Source: a virus (taxonomy: Duplodnaviria > Caudoviricetes). Taken from it: a stretch of 43,471 nt of DNA. Under the pieces are notes generated by a model. That model was not told the DNA's origin. It did not search any database and was given only the letters and a program-made list of their open reading frames with translations. The position numbers were made by a program, and so were the translations under genes. Where the stretch lies: the IMG/VR virus record IMGVR_UViG_3300032261_000021, positions 1 to 43,471 of that record; one strand, written 5' to 3'. Shown one piece after another: positions 34,377 to 43,471 of this stretch. Position 1 is the stretch's first letter, and each line of letters starts with the position of its first letter.

Positions 34377-34885
34377 ATAAAGAAAAACTTTCATGCATGA
34401 CACCTTCTGGGATAATGAGTAATAACTGGTATGCCGCATTTACCAAAGACTTTGAAAAGGCTGGAGTCAGAGATACCTCGGAAAACTTCGGTGCTGGTTT
34501 AATCTACTTTGGCCTTTCTGATACAGGTACGGATACAAAGTATGAGTTGGAAATAACCAGACCAAATGCCTTGATGGACTCCTTGAATGTGGAGGTGACT
34601 TACTCTGGGGATGTCCTTTTCAGGTTGTTCATTAGTGACAGAGAGGTGTACTGTGCGTGGTATGAGGATACTGGGATCATCCTTGTTGCGGAGACAAGTG
34701 ATGAAGATTTCAATAATCCTTGCTCCGTGACAGAAAAAGAGTATAATTTGTATGCTATGGTAAATCCTGTGGAGTTATCTCACCTTGATGCCTTGTGGGA
34801 GTCGTTTGAGAAGTTCAACGATATCTACAACGGAGCCGTGGATGAGAATGGAAATGTGGATCGCTCACTAATACAGAGCTGTTAG
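34373..34885 (+). CDS. Hypothetical protein
   Basis: Coupled ORF. Confidence 0.75.
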   Translation: MNKEKLSCMTPSGIMSNNWYAAFTKDFEKAGVRDTSENFGAGLIYFGLSDTGTDTKYELEITRPNALMDSLNVEVTYSGDVLFRLFISDREVYCAWYEDTGIILVAETSDEDFNNPCSVTEKEYNLYAMVNPVELSHLDALWESFEKFNDIYNGAVDENGNVDRSLIQSC

Positions 34886-34896
34886 TCCACAGGAAG

Positions 34897-34979
34897 GCCT
34901 CTGTACGGCCCGTGGTTTAGTTTAAATAGGTTCAGGTATCCAACCGTACCAGTAGGTAGTAAAAATGCCTTACAGAGGC
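34897..34979. repeat. Intergenic inverted repeat
   Basis: GCCTCTGTACGGC / GCCTTACAGAGGC (13 bp, one mismatch). Confidence 0.6.
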
Positions 34980-34993
34980 TTACAGGAGCTTTA

Positions 34994-35689
34994 ATGGAAA
35001 CAAAGACGAGTTGTCAACGTGCTAACTACATCCTCCTGACACATTGCTTCAGAGGGTCTATAATGCTGTCTTCGGCATTTCAGCACTTTAAGAAGACTGT
35101 GACATCAGACCTTCCATATGATGGGAAGAATCAGCGTAAGCATACTGTATCTACCCACATACCCGCTTCATGGGTTGTTATGGAGTGGTCTGGGACAGAG
35201 AAATACAAATCCGGTAGGATTGATGTCCTAAGGGACCATGCCCAGCCAAAAGTTAGCTTCAGGTATGACCCGTCACGGAAACAGTGGGTTATCTGGGCCA
35301 ATATGCCAAGTAAGTCTTACATCTGGCGGTTCCGAGAGGACAAGACGTTCCAAATGGTTATTGTTGACTACAGATCTAAGCTGTACGAGCCAGACCGTGT
35401 TGACATCAGTGATTGCTTTGCTGATATCCGCCGACCAACAGATGCTGAATGTAAGATGATGCAGTTGTTGTACGGTGATGAGCATATAGCGGCTATCAAG
35501 TTGTTCCTTCTGGCGATGAAGGAAATAACTGAGACACTGTTTGATAACCATAAAGAACATCAGAGACTCCAGAAGATAAAAGCTCTAAAGAATGAAGAGA
35601 AAAGGGCCCGCAGGAAAATGGTTGCTGAATTCAAAGAGAAGATTAACAAAGAGATGAACCTAAAATGGGGGCAGAATGACTTACGATGA
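34994..35689 (+). CDS. Hypothetical protein
   Basis: SD AGGAG; basic coiled C-terminus. Confidence 0.7.
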   Translation: METKTSCQRANYILLTHCFRGSIMLSSAFQHFKKTVTSDLPYDGKNQRKHTVSTHIPASWVVMEWSGTEKYKSGRIDVLRDHAQPKVSFRYDPSRKQWVIWANMPSKSYIWRFREDKTFQMVIVDYRSKLYEPDRVDISDCFADIRRPTDAECKMMQLLYGDEHIAAIKLFLLAMKEITETLFDNHKEHQRLQKIKALKNEEKRARRKMVAEFKEKINKEMNLKWGQNDLR

Positions 35690-36404
35690 GTATCTTGCAG
35701 GTAGGGTTATCGTCACAGGGGAGAAGATCCATAGTGTGACAGGACGTAGCGGGAGCGGTAACTGGGAGGATGCCCGATTCACAGAGAAAGAGTTCAAGAT
35801 TATCCGGATGGTTGAACCGTCTATTATTCAAACACTGGAAGATATCCATAGAGGGATGGAGGCAGGGAGTCATATTGGTGGTGGTTTGATGAGTAAAGCT
35901 TACAACCATGCTAACGGTTTCAATGATGACTTTATGGAGTACACTGGCAGCTACTTCCGTTTCAGGGTTGGATCCAAATGGATGAAGGATGTAACCCTTC
36001 TTCCCTCTAAGATGGCACTAATATCTGAAACAACAAATATAATAAAGAATATAGGATACAATAGGGCGCTAGTGGAGAGTTTTATCTCCGAGGTCTACGA
36101 CTATTGCCTCAATGGCGCTGCGAATGTAAACATGTCGATTGAATGCATGACCAGTGAAAGAAGTACGGCTATTGTGAATGTACAAGGATTGGGGAGTAAA
36201 AAGGGGTCAAGAGAACTTGGTATTTATAGGAAAGATAAGCCACACGGGAATTCATTATATGTAGCCTCTTGGAAGTGTCTTGAAAAACAGTTAGAAGAGA
36301 GTGCAACACTTGATGCGGTTGTAGATAACGCATTCATATGGGATATCATTCATAACGCAGGGTACAAGTACCCACTGGAGGGTAAATATGTTCATAATCT
36401 ATGA
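35676..36404 (+). CDS. Hypothetical protein
   Basis: Long coupled ORF. Confidence 0.75.
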   Translation: MTYDEYLAGRVIVTGEKIHSVTGRSGSGNWEDARFTEKEFKIIRMVEPSIIQTLEDIHRGMEAGSHIGGGLMSKAYNHANGFNDDFMEYTGSYFRFRVGSKWMKDVTLLPSKMALISETTNIIKNIGYNRALVESFISEVYDYCLNGAANVNMSIECMTSERSTAIVNVQGLGSKKGSRELGIYRKDKPHGNSLYVASWKCLEKQLEESATLDAVVDNAFIWDIIHNAGYKYPLEGKYVHNL

Positions 36405-36585
36405 AGAAGACCGAGTTCGGGTATTGCAGCATGACCACTTAAGGGTGTTTAATGTGCAAGAGTACGGGGAGACACTTGACAGCTCATACATGCAATGGCA
36501 TACTGTCAAGCAAGTGTTCAGTATCGAAGAGGTACGTGAACTTGTCAAAGAAATTTGGGATAGAAAATCGGAGGTGTTGCCATGA
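36388..36585 (+). CDS. Hypothetical protein
   Basis: SD GGAGG. Confidence 0.7.
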   Translation: MFIIYEEDRVRVLQHDHLRVFNVQEYGETLDSSYMQWHTVKQVFSIEEVRELVKEIWDRKSEVLP

Positions 36586-36641
36586 CTATTTCTCTACTTG
36601 AGTGGAACGGTGTGAGCCTTAAATTATCTGGCGGGGATTGA
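36582..36641 (+). CDS. 19-aa minigene
   Basis: MTISLLEWNGVSLKLSGGD; SD GGAGGT; ATGA coupling. Confidence 0.4.
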   Translation: MTISLLEWNGVSLKLSGGD

Positions 36642-36658
36642 GGAGGAGCTTAAACAAC

Positions 36659-37138
36659 ATGAAGAGAGCATTCTGGTCGGGGGACAAAATACGTCGTCTT
36701 AATGGCAAAGAGATCTTTGTATTTGGATCTAACCCACAAGGCCGTCACGGGGCTGGAGCTGCCAGAGATGCAATGTCATTCGGTGCTGTCCGTTTCAACG
36801 GTAGAGGGCTTCAGGGGAGCTCCTACGCCCTAGTAACAAAGAATCTAAAAGCTGGATTCAAAGAGAAGAGTACAGGCATCGTCTACGAGAAGGAAGGGTA
36901 TCTGAGCGTAAGCGATGAACAGATCATAGATAACATAAAAGAGCTCTACGCTTGTGCAGAGAGTATGCCGGATTATCGCTTTTACATCCCATACCGTCTG
37001 GAGTGTTGGCCCAACGGCGGTGTGAAGAAGTCATTAAACGGTCACGGGGCGATTAAAATGCTTGACTTGTTCTTCAAGGCGGGTACAATCCCTATAAATA
37101 TCTCGTTTCACACAAGTTTAAAACCTTATTGGAGGTAG
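36659..37138 (+). CDS. Macro-domain-like phage protein
   Basis: IFVFGSN..GRHGAGAA..A and GLQGSSYAL motifs. Confidence 0.6.
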   Translation: MKRAFWSGDKIRRLNGKEIFVFGSNPQGRHGAGAARDAMSFGAVRFNGRGLQGSSYALVTKNLKAGFKEKSTGIVYEKEGYLSVSDEQIIDNIKELYACAESMPDYRFYIPYRLECWPNGGVKKSLNGHGAIKMLDLFFKAGTIPINISFHTSLKPYWR

Positions 37139-37139
37139 T

Positions 37140-37394
37140 ATGTTTATAGATAGTTCAGGTTACACAATTGATTACTGGTTTGATGACCTAGTTGAAGGGT
37201 CAGATCTGTGCGCCATCCGTACTGGATTGCCTTGGGCCCCGCTGTCTTCTGAATGGCGGGTGTCTGAAGTCTTTAATGAGTTGGATGGGCAATACAAGGC
37301 TTTTATCATCGCTGTCGATGACTCAGATAAACGGATCATCAATTCCAGTGAGTTGTGGCACTTCTCTCTTTACGTAGGAAAAGATAATGATTAA
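37140..37394 (+). CDS. Hypothetical protein
   Basis: SD GGAGGT. Confidence 0.7.
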   Translation: MFIDSSGYTIDYWFDDLVEGSDLCAIRTGLPWAPLSSEWRVSEVFNELDGQYKAFIIAVDDSDKRIINSSELWHFSLYVGKDND

Positions 37395-37617
37395 GTTTAT
37401 TGGCTTTGATGAGGTAAATGGGATCCCAGAGGATAAATTCGCTGTTCTGTGGGAAAGGGCCAAGGAGATGACTTTGCGCCGAGAAGCCTCAGCTAAGCAG
37501 GTAACTCCTTGCGTAAAATGTGGGTCAGATCAGGTTCAGCTGTATGACTGGTCCACACCAACACTCAAGATGAAATGCCGTACATGCAAACATAAATTCA
37601 CAAAGGAGTTGCAATGA
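37387..37617 (+). CDS. Zinc-ribbon protein
   Basis: CVKCG...CRTC. Confidence 0.7.
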   Translation: MIKFIGFDEVNGIPEDKFAVLWERAKEMTLRREASAKQVTPCVKCGSDQVQLYDWSTPTLKMKCRTCKHKFTKELQ

Positions 37618-37790
37618 AGAATCAAGAAGGGTATAGTGAAGTTGTTGCAGGGTTTGAGTCCTACATCACCAATAACGGTAAAGCTCCACTACCTGAAAAG
37701 GGTAATGACGGCAAGTACCTAAGCGCCCAGATGCAAGCCCGTTTTTACGGCTTCAAGGCGGCATACGATATGTACGTAAACAACAAATAA
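37614..37790 (+). CDS. Hypothetical protein (58 aa)
   Basis: Manual translation MKNQEGY...YVNNK; SD AAGGAG. Confidence 0.65.
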   Translation: MKNQEGYSEVVAGFESYITNNGKAPLPEKGNDGKYLSAQMQARFYGFKAAYDMYVNNK

Positions 37791-37801
37791 AAGAGGATAC
37801 C

Positions 37802-38146
37802 ATGACTACTTTAGAGATGATTTTTATCGCACTTGCGCCTTTAAGTACAGCTGCTGCAATCTTCTGGGCTCTTTATACAACAAAGAAAATTATCGAAGCG
37901 GGCAGTTGGCTGAAATCAAACAGAATCCGTATTATTGAACGCCTTTCTGCCGCCGGATACGAGTTGCACACTGTTAAAAGCGGCAAAGGTCTGTTCTTTA
38001 TCTCGGAGCGGGGCCGAAACCACAAGATCGGCAAGCCTTGCGGGGTTATAACTTCTTACGAGAACCTTAAGATGATTCTGTCAACAACAAGCTTACCAGT
38101 TATTGAGCTGTTTGCTAATACAATGATGCGTGGAGGAAAGAAATGA
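37802..38146 (+). CDS. Membrane-anchored hypothetical protein
   Basis: N-terminal TM segment. Confidence 0.7.
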   Translation: MTTLEMIFIALAPLSTAAAIFWALYTTKKIIEAGSWLKSNRIRIIERLSAAGYELHTVKSGKGLFFISERGRNHKIGKPCGVITSYENLKMILSTTSLPVIELFANTMMRGGKK

Positions 38147-38358
38147 TCAAACCATTACCTGTTGATTTCATGGGTAAATTGTTGAATGTGGGAGATTCAG
38201 TAATAACCCCATTTGGATCAGGAACTGTGGCTCTGGTTCACGGTAAAGTGAAAGAGCTCAGAGGATGGAGAGTGCTTGTCAGCATTTCATGGGAAGATCT
38301 TGGTGAAGTAAAGACGTCGGTGGTTGATCGCTACTGCGAGGGTCTATTAAAACTATGA
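38143..38358 (+). CDS. Hypothetical SH3-like protein
   Basis: DFMGKLLNVGDSV pattern. Confidence 0.65.
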   Translation: MIKPLPVDFMGKLLNVGDSVITPFGSGTVALVHGKVKELRGWRVLVSISWEDLGEVKTSVVDRYCEGLLKL

Positions 38359-38546
38359 AAATGCCGCCTGCAGCTTGGATTGTTGTTGAGGGTCTTGATG
38401 TTTTATCAGCGAAATACCTTAAGTTGCTTGACAAGCTGAAGGCGGAAGGATACCTTGTCTATGCTGTTCAAAAAGATTATGAGTTTCTTCACATACTAAC
38501 ACAACCAGAAAAGGTAATTTACCTAGGAGAATATGACAATGAGTAA
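38355..38546 (+). CDS. Hypothetical protein
   Basis: Coupled ORF. Confidence 0.6.
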   Translation: MKMPPAAWIVVEGLDVLSAKYLKLLDKLKAEGYLVYAVQKDYEFLHILTQPEKVIYLGEYDNE

Positions 38547-38925
38547 TTTAAACTACGGACCACTGATCTCAGGTGTAAAAGGCCGAGAAGACCTGCATGA
38601 GAAAACTATGCTGTGGGTTGTTATGGGGGTTTACTACGGGTATAAGCCCTACGATATCGTGCAGTTCTACAAACGTATCAGTAAAGGTATTCCCGCACCA
38701 AGCGGTACACCCCTATCAGGTACTGGGTACATTACGGTATCTGTTTGTGATGAGTTCTGCACCAGCGAAAAAGATATTTTGAACTACATCAAGATCCATC
38801 GTTATTGCCCGCGCCCATTCCCACAGAATCTGAGCGCACAGGATGACATTGACAACGCCAACATCCTCCTAGAGATGGATGCTGAGTTCCGTGTACAAGT
38901 ATACTCAATTATTGAGGCGCTATAA
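38533..38925 (+). CDS. Hypothetical protein
   Basis: SD AGGAG. Confidence 0.7.
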   Translation: MTMSNLNYGPLISGVKGREDLHEKTMLWVVMGVYYGYKPYDIVQFYKRISKGIPAPSGTPLSGTGYITVSVCDEFCTSEKDILNYIKIHRYCPRPFPQNLSAQDDIDNANILLEMDAEFRVQVYSIIEAL

Positions 38926-39314
38926 TGACTAATGATAAACCGGAAGGACTTGATTTAAGAAAGAATGTGATCATGACGTTGGCAGGTGTAAGGGTGGAAC
39001 CATACAACGGGCCGACCACAATCAAGGTTGCTGACCTGACATTATTTGATGTGCTGACGATCACCGATTGTCGTACAGATAAAAAGCCTAACCGCTTGGA
39101 GTTTATGATGATGTCAAATGACTCAGAGCAGTTTGTTCTGAGCATAGCCATCAACACAGACAAGGCAAACGCCATTCTGAAAGAGTTCCAACGGGCACTC
39201 CAGTATGGTCTACTTAATGCACGTGACTGTGATGTATTCAGAGAGAAATTTGAGGAAACATACACAGATATCGTTTTCGAGTGTCTAAATGTCTACAGAC
39301 CAGTCAAAGACTAA
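38925..39314 (+). CDS. Hypothetical protein
   Basis: TAATG coupling. Confidence 0.7.
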   Translation: MTNDKPEGLDLRKNVIMTLAGVRVEPYNGPTTIKVADLTLFDVLTITDCRTDKKPNRLEFMMMSNDSEQFVLSIAINTDKANAILKEFQRALQYGLLNARDCDVFREKFEETYTDIVFECLNVYRPVKD

Positions 39315-39336
39315 GTTCAGTCATAAAGGTGCAAAA

Positions 39337-39606
39337 ATGATGCTGTGGAACTCGGGAGGGTATATATTTACACCATCCACCTCTGGTGGGGTAGGTACAG
39401 TAATAGAGGTTGAGGGGTGCGTTTCAGAACTCCTATACTCTGACGAGATGAAAGCCTTCTGTGCTGTTGACATACCAGAGAGAGCTATACAGCTTATGCG
39501 TATGATTTATCCATTAACATACCAGCGCTGGGTTAATAAGTTTGAGGCCCAGCGGGATGGTACATGGGATGAGGAAGAGGAGATGTATTATGAAAGTAAC
39601 ACTTGA
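39337..39606 (+). CDS. Hypothetical protein
   Basis: Start MMLWN after AAGGT. Confidence 0.65.
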   Translation: MMLWNSGGYIFTPSTSGGVGTVIEVEGCVSELLYSDEMKAFCAVDIPERAIQLMRMIYPLTYQRWVNKFEAQRDGTWDEEEEMYYESNT

Positions 39607-39796
39607 TTTTTATGGAGAAGATTACATAACGATCCAGAATAAGACAGCCACGATCAGTGAACACCAAGCTGCCCACGGTGATAAGTTCAACGGTGAATTC
39701 CTGTATGTGGTCAAGACTGAGCAGTATTCCATGTGGAAAAATATGGGGGCTAAGCGCAGCGATATCAAGGTTAAGATCGACGGTGAAGAACTGTAG
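39590..39796 (+). CDS. Hypothetical protein
   Basis: Start MKVTL after GAGGAG. Confidence 0.7.
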   Translation: MKVTLDFYGEDYITIQNKTATISEHQAAHGDKFNGEFLYVVKTEQYSMWKNMGAKRSDIKVKIDGEEL

Positions 39797-39809
39797 GTGA
39801 TAAATTTTA

Positions 39810-39840
39810 AAGGGAGCCCTTGCGGCTCCCTTTTCTTTTT
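39810..39840 (+). terminator. Intrinsic terminator
   Basis: AAGGGAGCC-CTTGC-GGCTCCCTT plus T tract. Confidence 0.85.
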
Positions 39841-39876
39841 GCTATAGTCTACAAACACAAACGAATGGAGGAAGTT

Positions 39877-40395
39877 ATGAGTATAAACAAGTACACTGGG
39901 CGGTCAATCAGGGACTCAAAGGCTTGGGGTATTATTGATTCTAAGTACCGCAATGCCGATAAAGTAGCAACAATCGCCCGCAGGGAGAGAAACACAGGGG
40001 AACCAGTAAAGACGCTCATAAGGCTGATACGTGAAGAATTTGAGGAAAGATTCATCATCCAAACTATAAGCAAGGAGGGAGATTACGAGGAAGTTGTCAG
40101 AGTAACAGACAAGAAATCTGGTTTTAGATTTGAATTCTCACGGAGGACGTCGAGCTGTGATTGCGGGTTTGGTTCTAAAGGAAAAGTATCGATCTATCCT
40201 CAGGAAGGGTACTTTGAAGCAGGGCGCGGAGTAGAATGGATGAATTGCTATGAAATAACAGCCCTGTGCATAGAGATTGCCAACCAGAAGAATAAGATCT
40301 ACCAAAGAAATGTCAAAAGTAAGCTCGCCGCTGCCAAGATGTCTGAGATTATGGGTAGGAAGAAAGTTGCTGAAATTTATGGAGTTACCCTATGA
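39877..40395 (+). CDS. Hypothetical protein
   Basis: Start MSINK after GGAGG. Confidence 0.75.
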   Translation: MSINKYTGRSIRDSKAWGIIDSKYRNADKVATIARRERNTGEPVKTLIRLIREEFEERFIIQTISKEGDYEEVVRVTDKKSGFRFEFSRRTSSCDCGFGSKGKVSIYPQEGYFEAGRGVEWMNCYEITALCIEIANQKNKIYQRNVKSKLAAAKMSEIMGRKKVAEIYGVTL

Positions 40396-40688
40396 GTGAG
40401 ACTAATCGTAAGCTGGCAAAGTGCCGAATAAATACGTACTGTCGATTTTGTTCAGCGGAAGGTAAGAAGAAGGTTAAGTGCATCTGGAAGGCCCGATACA
40501 AGGCGACAGACCACAACAAACACTTCGCATGTTCAGAGCACAAACACCTTATCGAGGACACAGATCCTGACGGTAAACTCGCACTGTGGAATAGCCCAGA
40601 GCAAAAAGCTCTCCGTAAACGTCAAGAACGCGAGTCACGCAGTGAACATTACACTGAAGCTGATTACCAAACTTGGATGAGGTACTGA
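40392..40688 (+). CDS. Hypothetical Cys/His-rich protein
   Basis: CRFC...CSEH possible Zn site. Confidence 0.7.
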   Translation: MSETNRKLAKCRINTYCRFCSAEGKKKVKCIWKARYKATDHNKHFACSEHKHLIEDTDPDGKLALWNSPEQKALRKRQERESRSEHYTEADYQTWMRY

Positions 40689-40882
40689 TGAGTAAAAAAT
40701 ACAATATTTACTTTGTGGTAGACGGTAGAGAGCGGCTTCTGACGGTTGCTGACCTGAAAGAGGTCCCAGTTACTAGGAAACACCATACCTCGCTGTACAA
40801 CCTGCTGGAGGGTATACGTATAGGTATAACATTTGCTGATGAGAAGTACAGAACTTTGGAGTTTAAATATGAAGAGTGCTAA
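40688..40882 (+). CDS. Hypothetical protein
   Basis: TGATG coupling. Confidence 0.65.
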   Translation: MSKKYNIYFVVDGRERLLTVADLKEVPVTRKHHTSLYNLLEGIRIGITFADEKYRTLEFKYEEC

Positions 40883-41156
40883 GTTAACACAGGCCCAAAC
40901 ATACACACTACTGCGTCTGCGTACAGACAAGTTCATAGCGAGCCATGACGGTAAACGTGGGATGGAGCGGCGAGTAGAGGGGAGATATGCTTATCGTGAC
41001 GTTAACTGTCCAAGTCTGCCAGTGCTAATACGGGACGGGTATGTTGATTATATATCAGCCAAAAACCCTGTTGACCGTGAGAAAGGTAAGTGGTACTATG
41101 TGGCCTTAACAGATAAAGGCTGGAAGGCCGTTAAAGAGGAGTTGAACAATGGCTAA
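40869..41156 (+). CDS. Hypothetical winged-helix-like protein
   Basis: KLTQAQ...LIRDGYV...LTDKG pattern. Confidence 0.65.
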   Translation: MKSAKLTQAQTYTLLRLRTDKFIASHDGKRGMERRVEGRYAYRDVNCPSLPVLIRDGYVDYISAKNPVDREKGKWYYVALTDKGWKAVKEELNNG

Positions 41157-41424
41157 GGTAACAAGAGAATCATTAAGCAAGCGGATCAGCCGACTTGAGT
41201 GTGATTGCATCACAGAAGGTATATCACTCAACGAGGAATATCAGCTAGAAGCGTATAAGATGCTGCTGGATGTTATGTCACATGAGGTTGTTGGGTACAC
41301 AAGTCAACGGGCCATCGAATATGAGATTTGGAATAGTGGCTCCACGGTTATCAAACACAAACCGGAATCTGGTGATGTCCCGATGATGGTTGCCCCAGAT
41401 TTTATTATCGAAGATAAACAATAA
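41149..41424 (+). CDS. Hypothetical protein
   Basis: SD GAGGAG. Confidence 0.7.
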   Translation: MAKVTRESLSKRISRLECDCITEGISLNEEYQLEAYKMLLDVMSHEVVGYTSQRAIEYEIWNSGSTVIKHKPESGDVPMMVAPDFIIEDKQ

Positions 41425-41430
41425 GGTAGG

Positions 41431-41700
41431 ATGACAATGACCAAAGAAACTGAATTTAAAATGCCGACGTGCATGTTCGATTTGTGGAATCGCTTTCAGA
41501 CTGGGGAATTCTATTCCCGAGGAACTGAGGCTGTAAGCATAGGCAAGGGCTATGTCAGTATCGTTACTATCGTCCACATGCCGACTGGAAAGGTATTCTA
41601 TACTTTCATTGACGAGACAGAGAACTACGCACCTTATCTGAAAGATACCAAAGAACAAGCAGTTAAGTGCTGGGAATGGTATTGTAAGGAGGTATTATGA
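41431..41700 (+). CDS. Hypothetical protein
   Basis: ORF in operon. Confidence 0.7.
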   Translation: MTMTKETEFKMPTCMFDLWNRFQTGEFYSRGTEAVSIGKGYVSIVTIVHMPTGKVFYTFIDETENYAPYLKDTKEQAVKCWEWYCKEVL

Positions 41701-41933
41701 TCCTGACACGTAAGGAAGCTAAAGATATTTCAGATATGGCTCGTTGTGGTCAAGGACCTTCAGAACTGATGCGGGCTATAGAACATAAAGCCCGACAGGG
41801 AGGGATCGCCCTGCACGGTCAGACCATCTCTCAGAGAACAATTGACGGGCTGATATCTCTAGGTTATGATGTAATAAGCTATAACGGCGGGGCATTCTCA
41901 ATCTTATGGGGAGATGATCACTTTGAAAACTAA
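41697..41933 (+). CDS. Hypothetical protein
   Basis: SD AAGGAGGT. Confidence 0.7.
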   Translation: MILTRKEAKDISDMARCGQGPSELMRAIEHKARQGGIALHGQTISQRTIDGLISLGYDVISYNGGAFSILWGDDHFEN

Positions 41934-42324
41934 AAGTACAGAAAAATCGCCTATCTCTGGGTTCTTACATGCAGTCAACTGTGCATCCCATGCTGGTGCG
42001 ATTAGTGAACGTTTCGATCTGGATTGTGAAATCAGCCCAGATGTTGACTGGAGGCTGGTGCGGTACGATATGGCTATGATTGATAAGGAAAAAGATGTTG
42101 TTGTTCAAATCGCCTTCACCGCGAGCTCTGGGCCAGAAGAGATCTTTGATATTTCAGTCCCAGAAGAATTTAGCTGGACTACTGACAAGGAACGGGTTAA
42201 AGTGGCTAAAGCTTTACTTCGTTACCACCAAACCAAGAAGAAACGTGATGACTCTTTGGCGGATTACCGACTAAGAGAGGCTAAAGCAAAGAACAGAGCA
42301 AAAATGGCGTCTGTATATAACTAG
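41914..42324 (+). CDS. Hypothetical protein
   Basis: ORF in operon. Confidence 0.7.
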   Translation: MITLKTKSTEKSPISGFLHAVNCASHAGAISERFDLDCEISPDVDWRLVRYDMAMIDKEKDVVVQIAFTASSGPEEIFDISVPEEFSWTTDKERVKVAKALLRYHQTKKKRDDSLADYRLREAKAKNRAKMASVYN

Positions 42325-42332
42325 GAGGGATT

Positions 42333-42554
42333 ATGACTAAAGATATGGAGGGTTTATCTGAGAAACGTCTGTTTGATATCACCCAGTCACCAAATGGATC
42401 TAAGTTTGCATACGAGCACCGGAGTATGGCGAGCGAACTTCTTAACTTGCGTAAATATGTTGAACACCTAGATCAGCGTGTCAGCGATGCAGGTTGGGAA
42501 TCGACGGCGGCAGCTGAGCGTGAATCAATCAACAACCAGTATGATTGGAAATAA
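42333..42554 (+). CDS. Hypothetical protein
   Basis: SD AGGAGG. Confidence 0.7.
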   Translation: MTKDMEGLSEKRLFDITQSPNGSKFAYEHRSMASELLNLRKYVEHLDQRVSDAGWESTAAAERESINNQYDWK

Positions 42555-42564
42555 GGATAAGTCT

Positions 42565-42942
42565 ATGATTAGCAATGCAGTTTCTAACTTTACAGCTGAA
42601 ATCCTGAAGGCTATTAATGGGATGAATAAGTCAAGGTTCGATCTAACTTTTCGGACTTCTCGTTGGGGAAACAGACCAACAACCCATTACAACCTAAAGG
42701 ACCAAATGACAGGGATCACTGTAGGTTTCACCATAGAAGGTCCACCAGAATACACCTATGAGCCTGTTCTTGGAGACATCTCCTGTTGTTCAAAATCACA
42801 GTGGATGAATAAGGAGGAGTTGCTTACTATAGCCAAAGTATGCCTGAGATATCGGATGATGTTGGATACAGCTAGTAGGTTGAAAGAATTATCAAAAGAA
42901 GAGAAAAACCACATGAAGCTTTTCATGGCGCACTATAAATAG
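42565..42942 (+). CDS. Hypothetical protein
   Basis: Start MISNA after AAGGA. Confidence 0.7.
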   Translation: MISNAVSNFTAEILKAINGMNKSRFDLTFRTSRWGNRPTTHYNLKDQMTGITVGFTIEGPPEYTYEPVLGDISCCSKSQWMNKEELLTIAKVCLRYRMMLDTASRLKELSKEEKNHMKLFMAHYK

Positions 42943-42950
42943 GAGGTAAC

Positions 42951-43442
42951 ATGAAATATCCAGAGAGTGGACCAGTGGTTTTTAGAGGGTTTACTTGGAA
43001 ATTGGGGGTATCTAGACCATACTCTACATTTTCAATTGGTGACTACTATATCAACAGGGCAAGCCTGATCTGCCAAGTGATGGATGACCAACAAAGTGAT
43101 AAAATTGTTGGGGGTTTCAATGCAAACAAACCTAAAGATAATGACTACATGCTCCCCTTGGTCAGAGGAGTTGAAGTGAAAGACAATCCTGAGCTATGTG
43201 GTGGTAAGGAGTTGAGATCCGCAGATATGATGATCACTGAGAAACTGTTTAAGGATGTTGTTAACAACGAGATGTTTACAACTTTGCAGGACAGGGCGGA
43301 AGTATTTATTAAGCTTGATGATTTAAACGGGTCTAGCAAAATAGTGCATCTTGGTGATCCGTACTCTGGACGGTACGATGGTACGAGTAAGTTCTACCCC
43401 AGCTGTGTGGTAAGAGTAATAACATTTCCTATGGAGGTTTAA
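42951..43442 (+). CDS. Hypothetical protein
   Basis: SD AGGAGGT. Confidence 0.75.
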   Translation: MKYPESGPVVFRGFTWKLGVSRPYSTFSIGDYYINRASLICQVMDDQQSDKIVGGFNANKPKDNDYMLPLVRGVEVKDNPELCGGKELRSADMMITEKLFKDVVNNEMFTTLQDRAEVFIKLDDLNGSSKIVHLGDPYSGRYDGTSKFYPSCVVRVITFPMEV

Positions 43443-43471
43443 TGGAACACCTAAATACAGGACCTCAATGG

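Noticed and set aside
1-43471. Stop-codon reassignment or suppressor tRNA
   Set aside because: Conserved genes are intact in the standard code and end in TAA, TAG and TGA; no suppressor anticodon seen

Overview
A 43.5-kb segment of a large lytic dsDNA tailed phage, probably of a Gammaproteobacterial host (sigma70-type promoters, E. coli-like NrdAB, CCA enzyme and T4-type lysozyme). I cannot assign a genus from sequence alone. The left 5.3 kb (minus strand) holds a nucleotidyltransferase truncated by the window edge and a tRNA cluster (Pro, Asn, Ile, Lys, Tyr, atypical Trp). The cluster is interleaved with aberrant tRNA-like RNAs, structured non-tRNA spacers and a degenerate terminase-ATPase-like gene. 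A TerS-like gene, a winged-HTH gene and an AT-rich origin-like divergence point follow. The rest is on the plus strand: GHKL ATPase, DNA ligase, MazG-like pyrophosphatase, a nuclease block (HNH, 5'-3' exonuclease, RuvC-like, Endo VII, WYL, DnaQ-like), nucleotide metabolism (dNMP kinase, HAD nucleotidase, ThyX, NrdA, NrdB, glutaredoxin), endolysin, SLOG protein, adenine MTase, CCA enzyme, RlaP-like NTase, a macro-like protein and many small hypothetical genes. The best candidate for an undescribed system is the RNA array at about 1.4-3.6 kb. It includes a tRNA body whose anticodon loop is replaced by a 66-nt perfect four-way junction and a ~240-nt multibranched ncRNA, in a window that also encodes three different nucleotidyltransferases. 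All RNA structures were folded by eye and protein calls rest on motif recognition, not database searches.
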